NCBI RefSeq assembly: GCF_004010195.1
Contig: NC_057755.1
Location: 5,997,474-6,061,473 of the forward strand
DNA length: 64,000 bases
Origin: Chiloscyllium plagiosum
Lineage: Eukaryota
Reading direction: 5' to 3'
Both the position numbers and the translations under genes were made by a program. Below, in pieces: positions 24,440-37,099 of the stretch (within the stretch, counting starts at the first letter, position 1; every line of letters starts with the position of its first letter). The notes under the pieces are model-generated. The model was given only the letters and a program-made list of their open reading frames with translations. It was not told where the DNA came from and did not search any database.

Positions 24440-25170
24440 TAATGCAGTGGTATAGGATGTCTCCCCCGCATCTGCTCCCAGGAGGACCAGTTCCAAAAAC
24501 GTACAACCCACTTGGCCTCCTTCTGCATCTGCTCCCAGGAGGACCAATTCCAATATCGAACAATCCAGATGGCCTCCTTCTTCAAAGACCGCAATTCCCC
24601 CTCAGATGTGGTTGACGATGCTCTCCACTGCATCTCCTCCACTTCCCGCTCCTCTGGCCTTGAACCCCGCCCCTCCAATCGCCACCAGGACAGAACCCCA
24701 CTGGTCCTCACCTACCACCCCACCAACCTCCAGATACATCGTATCATCCTTCGTCATTTCCGCCACCTCCAAACAGACCCCGCCACCAAGAATATATTTC
24801 CCGCCCCTCCCCTATCAGTGTTCCGAGAAGACCACTCCCGCCGCGACTCCCTCGTCAGATCCACATTCACCCACCAACCCAACCTCCACTCCCGGTACCT
24901 TCCCCTGCAACCGCAAGAAATGCAAAACTTGTGCCCACACCTCCCCCCTCACTTTCCTCCAAGGCCCCAAGGGATCCTTCCATATCCCTGCAATCTTCTT
25001 CCTGACCTCTCCGCCCCCACCCCACTCTAACCTATCACCCTCACCTTGACCTCTTTCCACCTATCACATTTCCTACGCCCCTCCCCCAAGTCCCTCCTCC
25101 CTAGCTTTTATCTTAGCCTGCTGAACACACTTTCCTCATTCCTGAAGAAGGGCTTATGCCCGAAACATAA
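24440..25170 (+). mobile_element. Neptune-type Penelope-like element fragment
   Basis: Frameshifted ..RTPLVLTYHP..IILRHFRHLQ.. and the Cys linker CNRKKCKTCAH; pyrimidine-rich 3' region ending in CTGAAGA agggcttatgccc GAAAC (25142-25166). Absent from the inverted paralog. Confidence 0.8.
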
Positions 25171-26499
25171 AAAAACAGAAGCTCCTATAGAATGTCACAT
25201 GACGCCAAGGTGAGAGTTATTGATTCCTTTTGATTCCGAGGAAGGGTTGTGCAGTGTAACCAGGTTTCTGTGTTCCTGGAGGGATCTGTCAGTCAGAGAA
25301 ACCCAAGCCAATCCTTCCTCAGTCATGGAATCACACAAGACAGAGGAGACCCTTTGGCTCATCGATTCTGTAACAGGAAAAAATGTTCTCTGCCTGCATT
25401 ATCCTATTATCATGCACTTGAAATATCAGTTTCCCCTTGAACATTATTCAGAGATACTTCCCCAACAATGGATTGTGCTTTTAATGATACCCCATTACGA
25501 AGAGTCGAATTGTATTACAAATTGTTTTCTCCTTGAATCGAATAGAAATTCAACGAGCTGTCATGCTTGGATGCCAACGGATCATGAGCCCACTGTATAA
25601 TGGACCCAGTGATGGCAGCTCTGCATCACCTCACCCCACATTTTGGAATATTGGACAGAAAGGAAGTAGGGGAGTATCATGGTGACCCAGGAAGGACCAA
25701 AGTTTGGGAAAGATATATGAAGTTTTCTATGTTCATCTGTTTGAATTCAAGCTCCTCGCATCTGCATATTTGGAAAGAAAATATTCTTACAATGTAGAAG
25801 ACACTGGCAGTCTTCCAGTGTGAAATGAAGACTGTCCAATGCAGCAAAAGTGGGCATACATACACCGCCAATCCAGAGACACTTTTGTCAATGCTACCTC
25901 TATCTCTTTCTCTCTCCTTCATTCTCTGCAAGCCTGAGGTCTGCGTCAGCCCACTGTGTGAATTTGATGGGTCCCTGAATAAATCCGGGCCCACACTCCC
26001 CACTTTCCCAAATGATATATAAAGTAATCATCCCACTCTTAGAAACATAAGCCATCTTCTCCCCTCTTTCATACAGCTATCCCATCTCCATCCTTCTTTC
26101 AGATTGGTCTGAGCTAACTCTTCTTCCCATCATACCAAAGCCCGTCACTCAAAACATGCTGTAGTTACAGGATCAATGTCCTTCATAGTAAAGTGAAAAT
26201 TTGCAACCAGTCTGTCTGCTGTGAAGGCGCATTTTCCCTGCCCTCCTTCCTCAAGCCCAGTATGAGTTGTTTGGCATGTTTGACCGCAGCACGTGATTTA
26301 AACAGCCAATCAGATCATATATCTGTTCACTCCTGAGTCCATTTTGATCCACATCTCGCCAGTCTCTCATTCTTATTGGGTGCATATTGAAAAGCCCTTT
26401 AAAACAGCATCGTAGGTCTACAAGGACTGAGGATCATAGGAGCTGGGTTAGGCCATTCAGACCTGTTACAATCCGTGTTGTGGTCCTTGTTATTTTTGC

Positions 26500-27310
26500 T
26501 GATGTTGGTACATGATTTGGAGATGAGTGCTCAGGATAAAAGCTCGTAATTTGCAAATGACACGAAGCTGGGGAGAACGGTAAAGTATGACAATGATGAT
26601 GATCGAACTCAGAGGGACATTGACAAGTTGGCAATATTGGCAAACACTTTGCACATGAAATTGAATGCAGAGAAATGTGAGGTATTATACTTCGAAGAAG
26701 AATCTCGGAGAGACAATGCAGATTGAAAGGTACAAAAATTGAGGAGCAGAGTAGACTTGGAAGTCACATGCATGATTCACAGAGAGTCCCCAATTTCACA
26801 AAGTGAAACACATATTAAGAAGGCTAACTTTATAACTAAAGACGCAGCGTATATAAAGCAAGGAAGTGATTCCATTCTTCTACAAATCATTGGCCACACG
26901 ACGGTTGAAGTGTTGTGCTTAGTTCTGGTCACATTATCTAAGGACGCATATTAAAGTCCTGGAGCTATTTTAAATGACATTCAACAGAATTAAGCCATGA
27001 ATGAGGGATTTCAGAAAAGTGGGGAGATCGCAGAGATTGGACTTATTTTCCTTGGAAGAGAGAAGATTAAGAAGAGACTTTACAGAGTTGTTCACCATTG
27101 TAAGCAATTTTGACAGGGTAAAGAAATATAATTTGTTTCCAACAGTTGGTATGTCAGTAAGTAGGGATCACAGTTTCAGGAATGCAAGCAAGAGAGCTGG
27201 GATTGAGATGAGAAGGAACTTCTTTATTCAAGATTTGTTAGGATTTGGAATGTGCTGCCTTCCAAAGCCACAACCATACACCTGGAAGGGCAAGGACTCC
27301 AGGTACATGG
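26500..27310 (+). mobile_element. CR1-like LINE 3' fragment, old
   Basis: ORF 27001 LDLFSLEERRLRRDFTELFTI; an RT-end-like motif upstream (tttgcaaatgacacgaag). Confidence 0.75.
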
Positions 27311-28189
27311 GAAAGCGCCGCCTTTATGTTCCCCTGTCAAACACTTACCATCCTGACATGGGAATGTTTCACTGTTCTTCAGTGCTGCTTGGTCAAAGTT
27401 CCGTAATTCTCTCCTTGATGACAATGAGAGTCTACCAACATTACAGTGAAACAAGAATGAGCTCACCACTATCTTTAAAGGTTGGGGGGGGGGGGGGGCG
27501 GGGCTGACGGTAAATAGTCATTGACCCGTGATTCATTGATTAAGAATCGGGGAACGCAAGATGGAGTGAAAACAAAGGCCATGCTGCTGAGTGGTTTGCA
27601 GGGAAACTCTGATCGTGTTTGGATGTATTGACTGCTGTTGTCATTTGAGTTGTTGGATATTTGAAAGGTTCTGTCGAAGGAAGTTGTGCATTGGGAGACA
27701 AGTGATAAGCTAGCAGTATTCACTCGGTAGCAATCAGGAATGTTCATCCACATCTGGCTGTCGCTCGTTTCCAAATGAAGGTTGTACGAAATGATTGAAT
27801 TTCCACGCTGACAAACACACACACATTTGCACATTCTTACTGAAGCATATACTTTGTTGTGAAGATGTTGGTTTACCTTTAAGAGAGTTAAAAGCAGCAG
27901 AACTACCGGAATCAGCACCAAACATTCTCAATAAGTTAGCAACGTAATCTTGAGTCGAACAACTCGATCAATTCATTGCCTGGAGACAAGAAACAAATTC
28001 GAATTCGGCCAATCAGTTTATATTATACCACGAAATATAGCAATTTCTAATCAAGTTTGAATTGAGTACACTGTCAATCTTAAAAGCCAATGACACATTC
28101 TGATGCTCTGGGGGATAAGATTGAGGAAAAATTGAAAAGTTGAGAAGAGAACTGCCAATCCGAGCATGGAACAGACTTTTTGAAAAAGG

Positions 28190-31100
28190 TATCTGTGTTA
28201 AAGGATTCTGGGTAATCCAAGATGGAGGACGGGAAACATTTCTGTCTGTAACAGCTGCTAATTTTTGAGATATTTTAGATGTTGGAGGTGATTTCAAGGA
28301 ATTTCAGGAGCAGCAATTTCTGTCTTATATGCTGTTGCATTGGTTTGATATTTTGGAGAAAAAAGGTCAAAGCAACCGCACGCTTAAGAGGAAGAAGAAC
28401 AGACAACGGAAGCACAATGTGAGGAGAGAGAGAGAGAGAAACAAACTCACATTGCTAACTGACAGAATAAGCAGTTGCTGCCTTTGCTGTTGAATTCATG
28501 CATCGCTGGACATCTGCGTGCGTCTGGGAAAACTAAGAAAAAACAGTGAAATTCACAACTGATCTCGGAAGAACCTGTCTGGGAGTGGTAACAGCACAGA
28601 AGCAGATAAGTGGATTTTAAGTGTGGCCTCAAAATAAATTTGCAGAAGCGAGTAGAGTGGGTTCTTTCTTGATAGCATATTTTATTGAGTTATGTCTCTT
28701 GATTGAACTTAATATATAAGCCATAATTATTAATTTAACCTTGAACAGTGTATCGTAGAGAAATGAGACTGTGCTATATTCTGGGTCTGTAGATTGAAAG
28801 AAACAAACATGGCCCTTAGTAGAATAATATGCTCTTCTTGTTGGATGTGGATGTTTAGAGAGAGCTTATGGGTTACCGAAGATTGTATCTGCAATAAATG
28901 CCGTTCGCTGCGACTCCTATCAGATTGAATGGACTGGTTGTCCAGGCAGTTAGCGCCAATGAGGAATTTGCAAGAGCAAGGGAATGCGATGGATGGCTGC
29001 TACAGCAAGGTGGGTGGAAGGGGTGTGTGGTAGTCTCAGATACAGTCACATAGATGGCTTAACTCCAAGAAAGGTAAGAGAGGTAGGCAGGTCGTGCAGA
29101 AGTCTTCTGTGGTTATCCCCATTTCAAACAGGTCTGCTGTTTTGGAAAATGTGATGGAATGTCAGGGGAATATATCACGAACCGCCAAGTTTCTGGTATT
29201 GAGACTAGCTTTAATGGAATGAGAGGTACGTCGGATTCCAAGCGATTGATTGTGTTAGGGAAAATCTATGGTTTGAGGTACAGATGGAATGTTTGTGTGG
29301 ACAGCAGCGAAAAATCAGAATGTTGTGTTGCTTGCCTGGTGTAAGTTGAAGGACGTCTCAGAGAGGGTGCAGAATGTTCTCAAGGGGGAGAGAAGCCAGC
29401 AGGAGGTCATTATACACATTGGAAACAATGACATAGGAAGGGAAAAGGGTCACATTCAGAAAGGAGATTACAGAGAATTCGGCAGGATTTTTTTAAAAAA
29501 AGTCCTCAACAGTAGTACTATCTGGATTACGCCTGGTGCTACGAGCCAGTGAGGGAAGGAGGATAGAGCAAATGAATACATGACTGAGCAGCTGGCGTAA
29601 GGGAGAAGGATTCACATTTTTGGATCATTGGCAGCTGTTTTGTTTAAGAAGTGAACTGGACGTGAAGGACAGAATGCACCTTAATTGAAGGGGACTAATA
29701 CACTGGCAAGGAGTTTTGGTGGAGCTTCTCGGGAGAAATTAAACTAATACATGGGGGGGACGGAGAGAGTGGGAAACAGGGAGATAGTGAGGAAAAAATT
29801 CAATCCGAGTCTGGTACAGTTGAGAATAAAGGCGAGTCCAACATTCAGGAAGGTAGGGCAGGTAGCTGAGGTGTAAGTACGGGAGGACTTTGGGGCCAGC
29901 GACCATAATTCTGTTAGATTTTAAAATGTGATGAAAATGAACAGACCAGATCGAAAATTTCAGGTTCAAAATTGATGAAAGGGCAATTTTGATGGTATTA
30001 GGCAAGAACTTTCAAAAGCTGATTGTGGGAAGATGTTCGCAGGGAAAGGGACAGCTGGGAAATGGGAAGCCTTCAGAAATGAGACAACAAAAGGCTAGAA
30101 AATTAATCTTTCGTTTAGGGTAAAAGGAATGACTGGTATCAAAAGGCAATGCTGGATGGCTAAAGAAGTTGAGGGTTTCGTTCAGAAAAAGAAGGAAGCA
30201 TATGTAAAGCATAGACAGGATAGATCGAGCAAATCGTTAGAAAAGTATAGAGGCAGTAGGAGTATACTTGACAGAGAAATCAGGAGGGCAAAAAGGGACA
30301 TGTCATAGCTTTGGCAAATAGAGTTAAAGAGAGTCTGAGGGGTTTTTACAAATACGTGAAGGACAAAAATGTAACTACGGAGAGAATAGGGCCCCTCAAA
30401 GATCAGCAAGGCGGCGTTTGTTTGGAGCGGGAGGGGATGGGGCAGATATTAAGGAGCACTTTGCATCAGTAGTTACTGTGTAAAAAGGACATGGAAGATA
30501 TAGAATGGTGTGAAATAAATGGCGACATCTTTAAAAATATCCATATTACAGAGGAGGAAGTGCTGGATTCCTTGAAACGCACACAACTGGATAAATCCAC
30601 AGGACCTGATCTGGCATACCCTAGAACTTTATGGGAAGGTAGGGAAGTGATTGCTGGGCCTCTTACTAAGTTATTTGTATTATCAATGATCACAGGTGAG
30701 GTGCTGGAATCTGGCCATGGGCAAACGTGGTGCCACTGTTTAAGAAAGGTTGTCTGGACAGACCAGTGAGCCTGACGTCGTTGGTGGGCAAGTTGTTGGA
30801 GGGAATCCTGAGGGACAGGATGTACATGTATTTAGAAAGACAAACACTGATTAGGGATAATCAACATGCTTATATCTGTGGGAATTCATGTGTCACAAAC
30901 TTGATTGATGTTTTTGAAGACGTAACAAAGGGGATTTATGAGGGCAGAGCTCTAGATCTGATCTATATGGACTTCAGTTAGTCTTTCGACAAGATTCCCC
31001 ATGGGGGACTGGTGAGCAAGATGAGGTCTCATGGAATACAGGGAGAACTCGCCATTTTGATACAGACCTGGTTCAAAGGTAGAAGACAGTGGGTGATGTT

Positions 31101-31490
31101 GGGGGGTAGTTTTTCAGACTGGAGGCCTGTGACCAGTGGAGTGCCACAAGGATCAGTGCTGGGTCCACTACTTTGCATCATTTATATAAATGAGTCGGAT
31201 GTGAGCATAGTAGGTATAGGTAGTAAGTTTGCAGATAACACCAAAATTTGAGGTTTTGTGGGCAGCGAAGAAGGTTATCTCAGACGTCAACGGGATCTTT
31301 ATCAGATGGGGCAATGAGCTGTGACGTGACGTGCGGAGTTTAATTTAGATAAATGTGAGGTGCTGCATTTTGTGAAAGCAAATATTAGCAGGACTTACAC
31401 ACTTACTGGTAAGGTCCTCTGGCGTGATGCTTACCAAGGGATCTTGGAGTCCAGGTTCATAGCTCCTTGAAAGTGGAGTCGCAAATAGAT
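28190..31490 (+). mobile_element. CR1/HER1-type LINE retaining 5' UTR, ORF1 and RT, with most of the endonuclease deleted
   Basis: ORF1 from ATG 28809: CSSCWMW..CICNKC zinc finger, then SGNH-esterase-like VIIHIGNNDIG. ORF2 resumes at the SDH motif (~29900). RT motifs RPVSLTS, IYMDFS, GVPQGSVLGP, FADNTK. Many stops. Confidence 0.9.
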
Positions 31491-31499
31491 ACCAGGCGA

Positions 31500-32830
31500 A
31501 GTACAAATTAGCTGAGCAGGCAGGTTATGCTGGAATATTGCAGGACGATTTTGAGTCTACAGCTGAAGTACTATGTGCAGTACTGGTCCCGACACTGTGG
31601 CAAGGTTGTGATTGTACTGGAGGGAGTACAAAGGAGGTTCACCAGGATGTTACCTAGGATAGAGCATTTCAGTGATAAAGAGCGGCTTGATTACCTCAGG
31701 TCGTTTTCTTTGGAACAGAGAAAGCTGAGCATGGGCAAGGGGTATAGGAAACAACTGCTCTCCACAGTTAAAGGGTCCCTAACAACAGTGCATCATTTTC
31801 AAATGAAACGCAGATTTACAGGGGATTTCAGACAAAACCTGCAATCAGAGAGTGATGACGATCAGGATCGCACTGCATGAGTTGAGTCTGGAAACCACAC
31901 ATAAGCTATGAAGTATTTGGATGAGCACTTCGAGTCTCGTGGATTTGAAAGCATGTGACATGCACCCTGCTGCGAGGATCAGTGGTCGCTCCACTGCTTT
32001 TCGAAATGAACAGAACTGATTTGTATATAAACCTACAAGGTATGGTTAGTAATTTTGCAGACGACAACAGAATCAGTGTTGTTATGGGCAGCGAAGAGTA
32101 TAACTGGACCTTGGACAGAAGAGCCAATGGGCCGAAGAATAGCATATGGAATTTAATGTAGATCAGTGTGGGGAGTTGCATTTTAACAAGAGAAAGCAGG
32201 GTGGGATTTACTCAGTTAATGGTAGGCTTGTGGGGCGTGTTGCTGAACAAGGAGACATTGGTGATCATAGAAATCGCAAGTAGACAGACTATTGAAGATT
32301 GCGAGTAGAATGATTCCATTTTGCTTAGTATACTTAATTTCGGAGTTGAGAGGAAATATTGTGGCTGGACGTGACATTGGTGAGACCACTCTGTCAATCG
32401 TGTCTTCATTTTTGTTCTTCCTGTTATAGGAAATATATTGTTTAGCATGAAAAGGTATAGAAAAATTTTCAAGGACGATTTGGCACACAGAGAGAGGCTA
32501 AATCGGCAACTGCTTTTGTTTCTCCCCTGTAGCGTGGTAGGTAGAAGGGTGACCTTCTCGAGGCTTATAAAATCATGAGCACCATGAACAGGACGAATAG
32601 CCAAAATGTTTGCCAAACATAGGGGAGTCCAAAACAAATGGGCAAAATGTTAAAGTCACAGGTGAAAGATTTAAAGGGAACCAAATAGACAACCTTTTTA
32701 ATGCAGACGATGATGGGGGAGAGGTGTACAGAATGACACGCCAGAGGAGATAATGGAAGCTTTCAAATGAAATAAAAGGCTTTAGAGGAATAATGCTGAA
32801 GTGCCAGAAATGAGACAATAATTATTTAGG
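31500..32830 (+). mobile_element. Further CR1-like ORF2 fragments
   Basis: LKYYVQYWSRH..LEGVQRRFTRMLP; GMVSNFADDNRI. Confidence 0.8.
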
Positions 32831-32914
32831 ATATTTTTGCAAGGTTTGTGAAGGTTTGTAGCTCATGTTGAGGTTTAGGGTGTAGGTTTGCTCACTTAGC
32901 TCTAGGTTTGACAT

Positions 32915-32954
32915 CCAGACGTTTCATTACCTGGCTAGGTAACATCATCAGTGG
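32915..32954 (-). ncRNA. Minimal type I hammerhead ribozyme in the PLE pLTR, core intact
   Basis: Reverse strand: cca CUGAUGA u guuaccu agcc agguaau GAAA cg UC ugg. Stem I cca/ugg, 7-bp stem II, palindromic ACGU stem III. Predicted cut between 32918 and 32917. Confidence 0.8.
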
Positions 32955-33402
32955 CGACCTCCAAGTGAAGCGAAGCTGTTATCTCCTGCTTTCTATTTAT
33001 ATCTTTCTCCTGGATGGGGTTCTTGGGGTTTGTGGTGATGTCATTTCCTGTTCGTTTTCGGAGGGGTTGATAGATGGCATCAAGATCTATGTGTTTGTTT
33101 ATGGAGATGTAGTTGGAGTGCCAGGCCTCTAGGAATTCGCAGGCATGTCTTTGCTTAGCTCGTCCCAAGATAGATGCGTTGTCCCAGTCGAAATGGTGTT
33201 TTTTTTTTTCATCCATGTGTAGGGCTACGAGGGAGATAGAGTCGTGTCTTTTTGTGGATAGCTGGTGTTCATGTATCTTGGTGGCTAACTTTCTTCCTGT
33301 TGGTCCTACGTAGTGTTTGTGGCAGTCCTTGTATGGAACTTTGTAGGTGACGTTGGTTTTGTCCATGGGTTGTACTGGGTCTTCCTGGCAAAGGAAACGC
33401 TC

Positions 33403-33588
33403 AGCTGAAAATGTGTCGCTGGAAAAGCGCAGCAGGTCAGTCAGCATCCAAGGAGCAGGAGAATCGACGATGAGCTCATGCTCGAAATGTCGATTCTCCT
33501 GCTCCTTGGATGCTGCCTGACCTGCTGCGCTTTGCCAGCAACACATTTTCAGCTCTGAACTCCAGCATCTACAGTCTTCACTTTCTCC
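33403..33588. mobile_element. Fold-back PLE-derived short element
   Basis: Arms 33403-33468 and 33489-33554 are near-perfect inverted repeats; the loop holds a hammerhead remnant (gagc tcat gctc GAAA tgtc). Confidence 0.85.
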
Positions 33589-35434
33589 AAAGGAAACATT
33601 TACCACACTTTTAGAAGAGATCATCACACACACACACCAACCACATCAATCACATTACCAATGAAAACATCATGAAGCTAGTGGACCTGTGCATCAACAC
33701 CCACTTCACTTTCAATAACATAGTCTACAAACAAACGAATGGCACACCCATGGGTTCTCTGCTATCAGGATTCAGAGCAGAAGCAGTAATGCAAAGACTA
33801 GAACAAACAGCCCTACCAGCCATCAAACCAAAAATCTGGCTCCGCCACGTAGATGACACCTTTGTGATCACAAAACGAAACAAGATAGAAGAGATATTTA
33901 ACATAATAAACAACACCCTCACAGGCATAAAGTCCACCAAGTAGGAAGAAACCGACAACAAACTCGCATTCCTGGACGTCACAGTCGAAAGAAAGGACAA
34001 CGGAGAACTACAAACCTGCGTATACAGAAAACCAACAAACACTGACCAAATACTTAACTACACCAGCAACCATCCCAACACACACAAACGAAGCTGTATC
34101 AGAACACCATTCCAACGAGCCACCACACACTGCAGCAGAGGCGATCATCGGAAAACAGAGGAGAACCACCTATACAACGTATTCAAGAAGAACGGTTACT
34201 CAGAAAATAACAGTGCACAGATTGCTCAAGAACAAACCACGACAAGCAGACCAAACACAGCCAGAAACCCTAACCACTTTACCATACATCAAACAAATTT
34301 CAGAAATGACAGCCGGACTATTAAGACCCTTCGGAATCCTAGTAGCACACAAACCCACCAACACTCTCAAACAAAAACTAACAAACTTAAAAGGCCCAGT
34401 ACAACCCATGGACAAAACCAACGTCATCTACAAAATTCCATGCAAGGACTGCCACAAACACTATGTAGGACAAACAGGAAGAAAGTTAGCCACCAGGATA
34501 GACGAACACCAGCTAGCCACAAAAACACACGACCCTCTCTCCCTCGTAGCACTACACACGGATGAAAAAAAACACCATTTCGACTGGGACAACGCATCTA
34601 TCCTGGGACGGGCTAAGTAAAGACATGCCAGAGAATTCCTAGAGGCCTGGCACTCCAACCACAACGCCATAAACAAACACATAGATCTAGATGCCATCTA
34701 TCAACCCCTCCGAAAACGAACAAGAAATGACATCACCACAAACCTCAGGAGCCCCATCCAGGAGAAAGATATAAATAGAAATCAGGAGACAACAGCTTCG
34801 CGTCACTTGGAGGTCACCATTGATGGTGTTACCTAGCCAAATAATGAAATTGTTTGGATATCAAAACTGCAGCTCAGCGAGAAAACCTAATCCCTATTTA
34901 GGATATCTGCTCGGCATAGACAAGTTGGATGAAATGGTCTGTTTTCTGTACAACTCGATGACTCCACGGTGGGAAAGTTGACAAGTGCAGGACTTGGTGA
35001 ATTTTTGATGTTGTAGACGAGATGGCCAAAGGGACTCTTCTGCACTGTGATGTTATGCTTCAAACACATTTTAGTGGGACACTCATGATAAGAAATACTA
35101 TCTAAGTAAGATTTGTAATGAACATATTTGGTCATTAAATACCTGAGAACAAGATCATTCTAGCAAACCCGACCTCATTGCAAATAGATAATTTACGATG
35201 TATACCCTGCAGTAGTAAAACCTCTGTCCTCGTCATGAGTTCTGTTTGAGAAACCCATTCCCCGGTTTGGGAATGTCAGTGCAATGAACTGTGGACAATA
35301 GGTGTCTAAAAGGACAGCTATAATTGTGTATCCGTGAACTTTTAATCTTAATGTTGCTGAGACATTGAAAGTGATTGACCCAGCCTCAGAATTAAACAGA
35401 AACTGAATTCTAAACTTACAAAGCCAGTCTTAGC

Positions 35435-36469
35435 TTATAATTCTTCGAACGTCTTGAAAACAGTGTCCAAAAAATCTTTAACTGCCTTCTTCAGCTCTTC
35501 TCTGAATTTCTTCCGGGTCCCTGCTTAAACGGAAAATGTTCGGGAAAGAATGCAAAAGCTTCAAAAAATTCTCAGTCTCAGTGACGATATATCCTGATTG
35601 GTGCAATCACATCAGTAAAAAGAGCTAACGGCCGCCATCAGCCGCAGTATGATGAAGTTGCCCAATACAGTGACGAATAAAATTATGTATTTCTTTTTGT
35701 TGTGCATCGCTGGGTCTTGATGATTCTCCCCGTTTAGACCTGTCAGTTTTCTGCGGGCTAGCTCCCAACAAAAATGCGTTCGATTGTCAATGAGTTAAAC
35801 AATGTGATGAACGTGAAGAGAAGCCAGACCACGAGACAACATAAAATCAAGCGTAGACTGGTGGTGAGGAAATGAAACCTCCACTTGCGCTGCAACCACA
35901 ATGCATCTTGTTGATTTGTTGCTGTTTTTCTAATGCAAAGAAAAATGGAATATTCCTTAATCAGTTCATAACAGAGAACATTGTTGGAATGTGACTGCCA
36001 TTCCGCTGGTTCAATTGGTAGTTTTTCGAATTTTGATAGAGAACCTGTCAAATGTGAACGTGATGGTAAACCAGACAGACAAATGGATGTTACCATCAAT
36101 TAAGTTAAAAAAAAACTCTCAGATGGGAAAAGGGTTCAGTAATGGAAATTGAAAGTGAAGAATGAAAACCTGATACAATATCACACTCAAGAGCATAACC
36201 AGCAGACCTGCTATTGCCATGGTCACTATACAGACAGAGATCTACTTCGAAAGGCCCCCGTTTACTTTGTTAAGTATTATAATTGCGACAGGTTTCCTGT
36301 TAAAAAGAGAGCACAGAACTTCAACGACCTAATTGTTCATGCCATATAATGAAGATTAATTCGAATATTGCCATCGATCAGTTAATATTGCTCACTGTCA
36401 ACACCAAAGGCAGAAGAATCGAGAAGCAAATTGTTTTCTTTTAATCAACGGAATAACTGGTTCTCCCAT
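35435..36469 (-). pseudogene. Divergent GPR139-like pseudogene (copy 5), exon 1 36396-36469 and exon 2 35435-36296
   Basis: Exon 1 ATG GGA GAA CCA GTT ATT..TTT GGT GTT GAC A|gtgag; 99-nt intron; aacag|GA AAC CTG..AIIILNK..GLSK*..MAIAGLLV; later LFNSLTIERIFVGS and AGTRKKFREELKK. Many frameshifts. Confidence 0.82.
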
Positions 36470-37099
36470 TTTCTTAGAAGTTGAATCTATTGGATCACTG
36501 AGCCTCTGTTTGATATGCAAAAGGAATGATTGCAATGGTTGCATTTATCGATTTTTCAGTACTCCAAACATTTAATTATTTAAAATTATCATTGACGTAA
36601 ACTCCTAAATGCGTGATTCAGTTACTTGGATAGTATGATACATCACACCGTGGAACACAATGGTGCAATGATATTTTCAGACAGCACATTAAATACCATG
36701 TGGTGTTGATGAATCTGTTTCTAAATGACTGACAGAAGTTTCATGGAGCCTATTCACTCCAAACAAGAACTGATGTAAATCCGACCAAATAGTGAAACGC
36801 AGCCATTCCCAAGGTTCAAACAATGATTGAGTTCTTCCAATTAGTGATAGTTTTCATTTAAACTTGAGCTGAACGCAACAGCCTCTCAGTATTCATACGT
36901 ACAAGGACAGATCATGCCATCAGTGCAAGTGACACATTAACTCGTTAAATGTAACTGTTACTTTCATCTTACTGCTGGTATAAATGGCTCCTCGTATAAC
37001 CTGTGGTTGTGCAAGATGTTCGTGGGGCAACCTCTAGAGTGCCCAGTTTTCATCAACCTGCTAAAGTAAGTTTATTAGTGGGGAGGGGGGTTACAGAAT

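Larger units (their letters stand above)
19940..26470 (+). repeat. Left arm of an inverted segmental duplication (partner ~58400-64000)
   Basis: Non-coding blocks match the reverse complement: 20080-20240 vs 63560-63720, 25200-25370 vs 59210-59385, 26240-26350 vs 58530-58635, plus both exons and the promoter. Confidence 0.92.
32840..34890. mobile_element. Penelope/Poseidon-type PLE with an inverted terminal copy: minus GIY-YIG/pLTR 32840-33382, plus RT + GIY-YIG + pLTR 33590-34890
   Basis: RT: YKQTNGTPMGS, WLRHVDDTF, FLDV. GIY-YIG: NVIYKIPCKDCHKHYVGQTGRKLATRIDEH..LEAWH. 32880-33382 is the reverse complement of ~34393-34890. Confidence 0.92.

Noticed and set aside
27310..27950. Possible old PLE endonuclease remnant or 148-aa gene
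   Set aside because: No clear GIY-YIG or other motifs readable.
30466..34620. Reverse transcriptase and nuclease ORFs as a retron-like or defence system
   Set aside because: They are fragmented CR1 and Penelope retrotransposon ORFs with stops and frameshifts.
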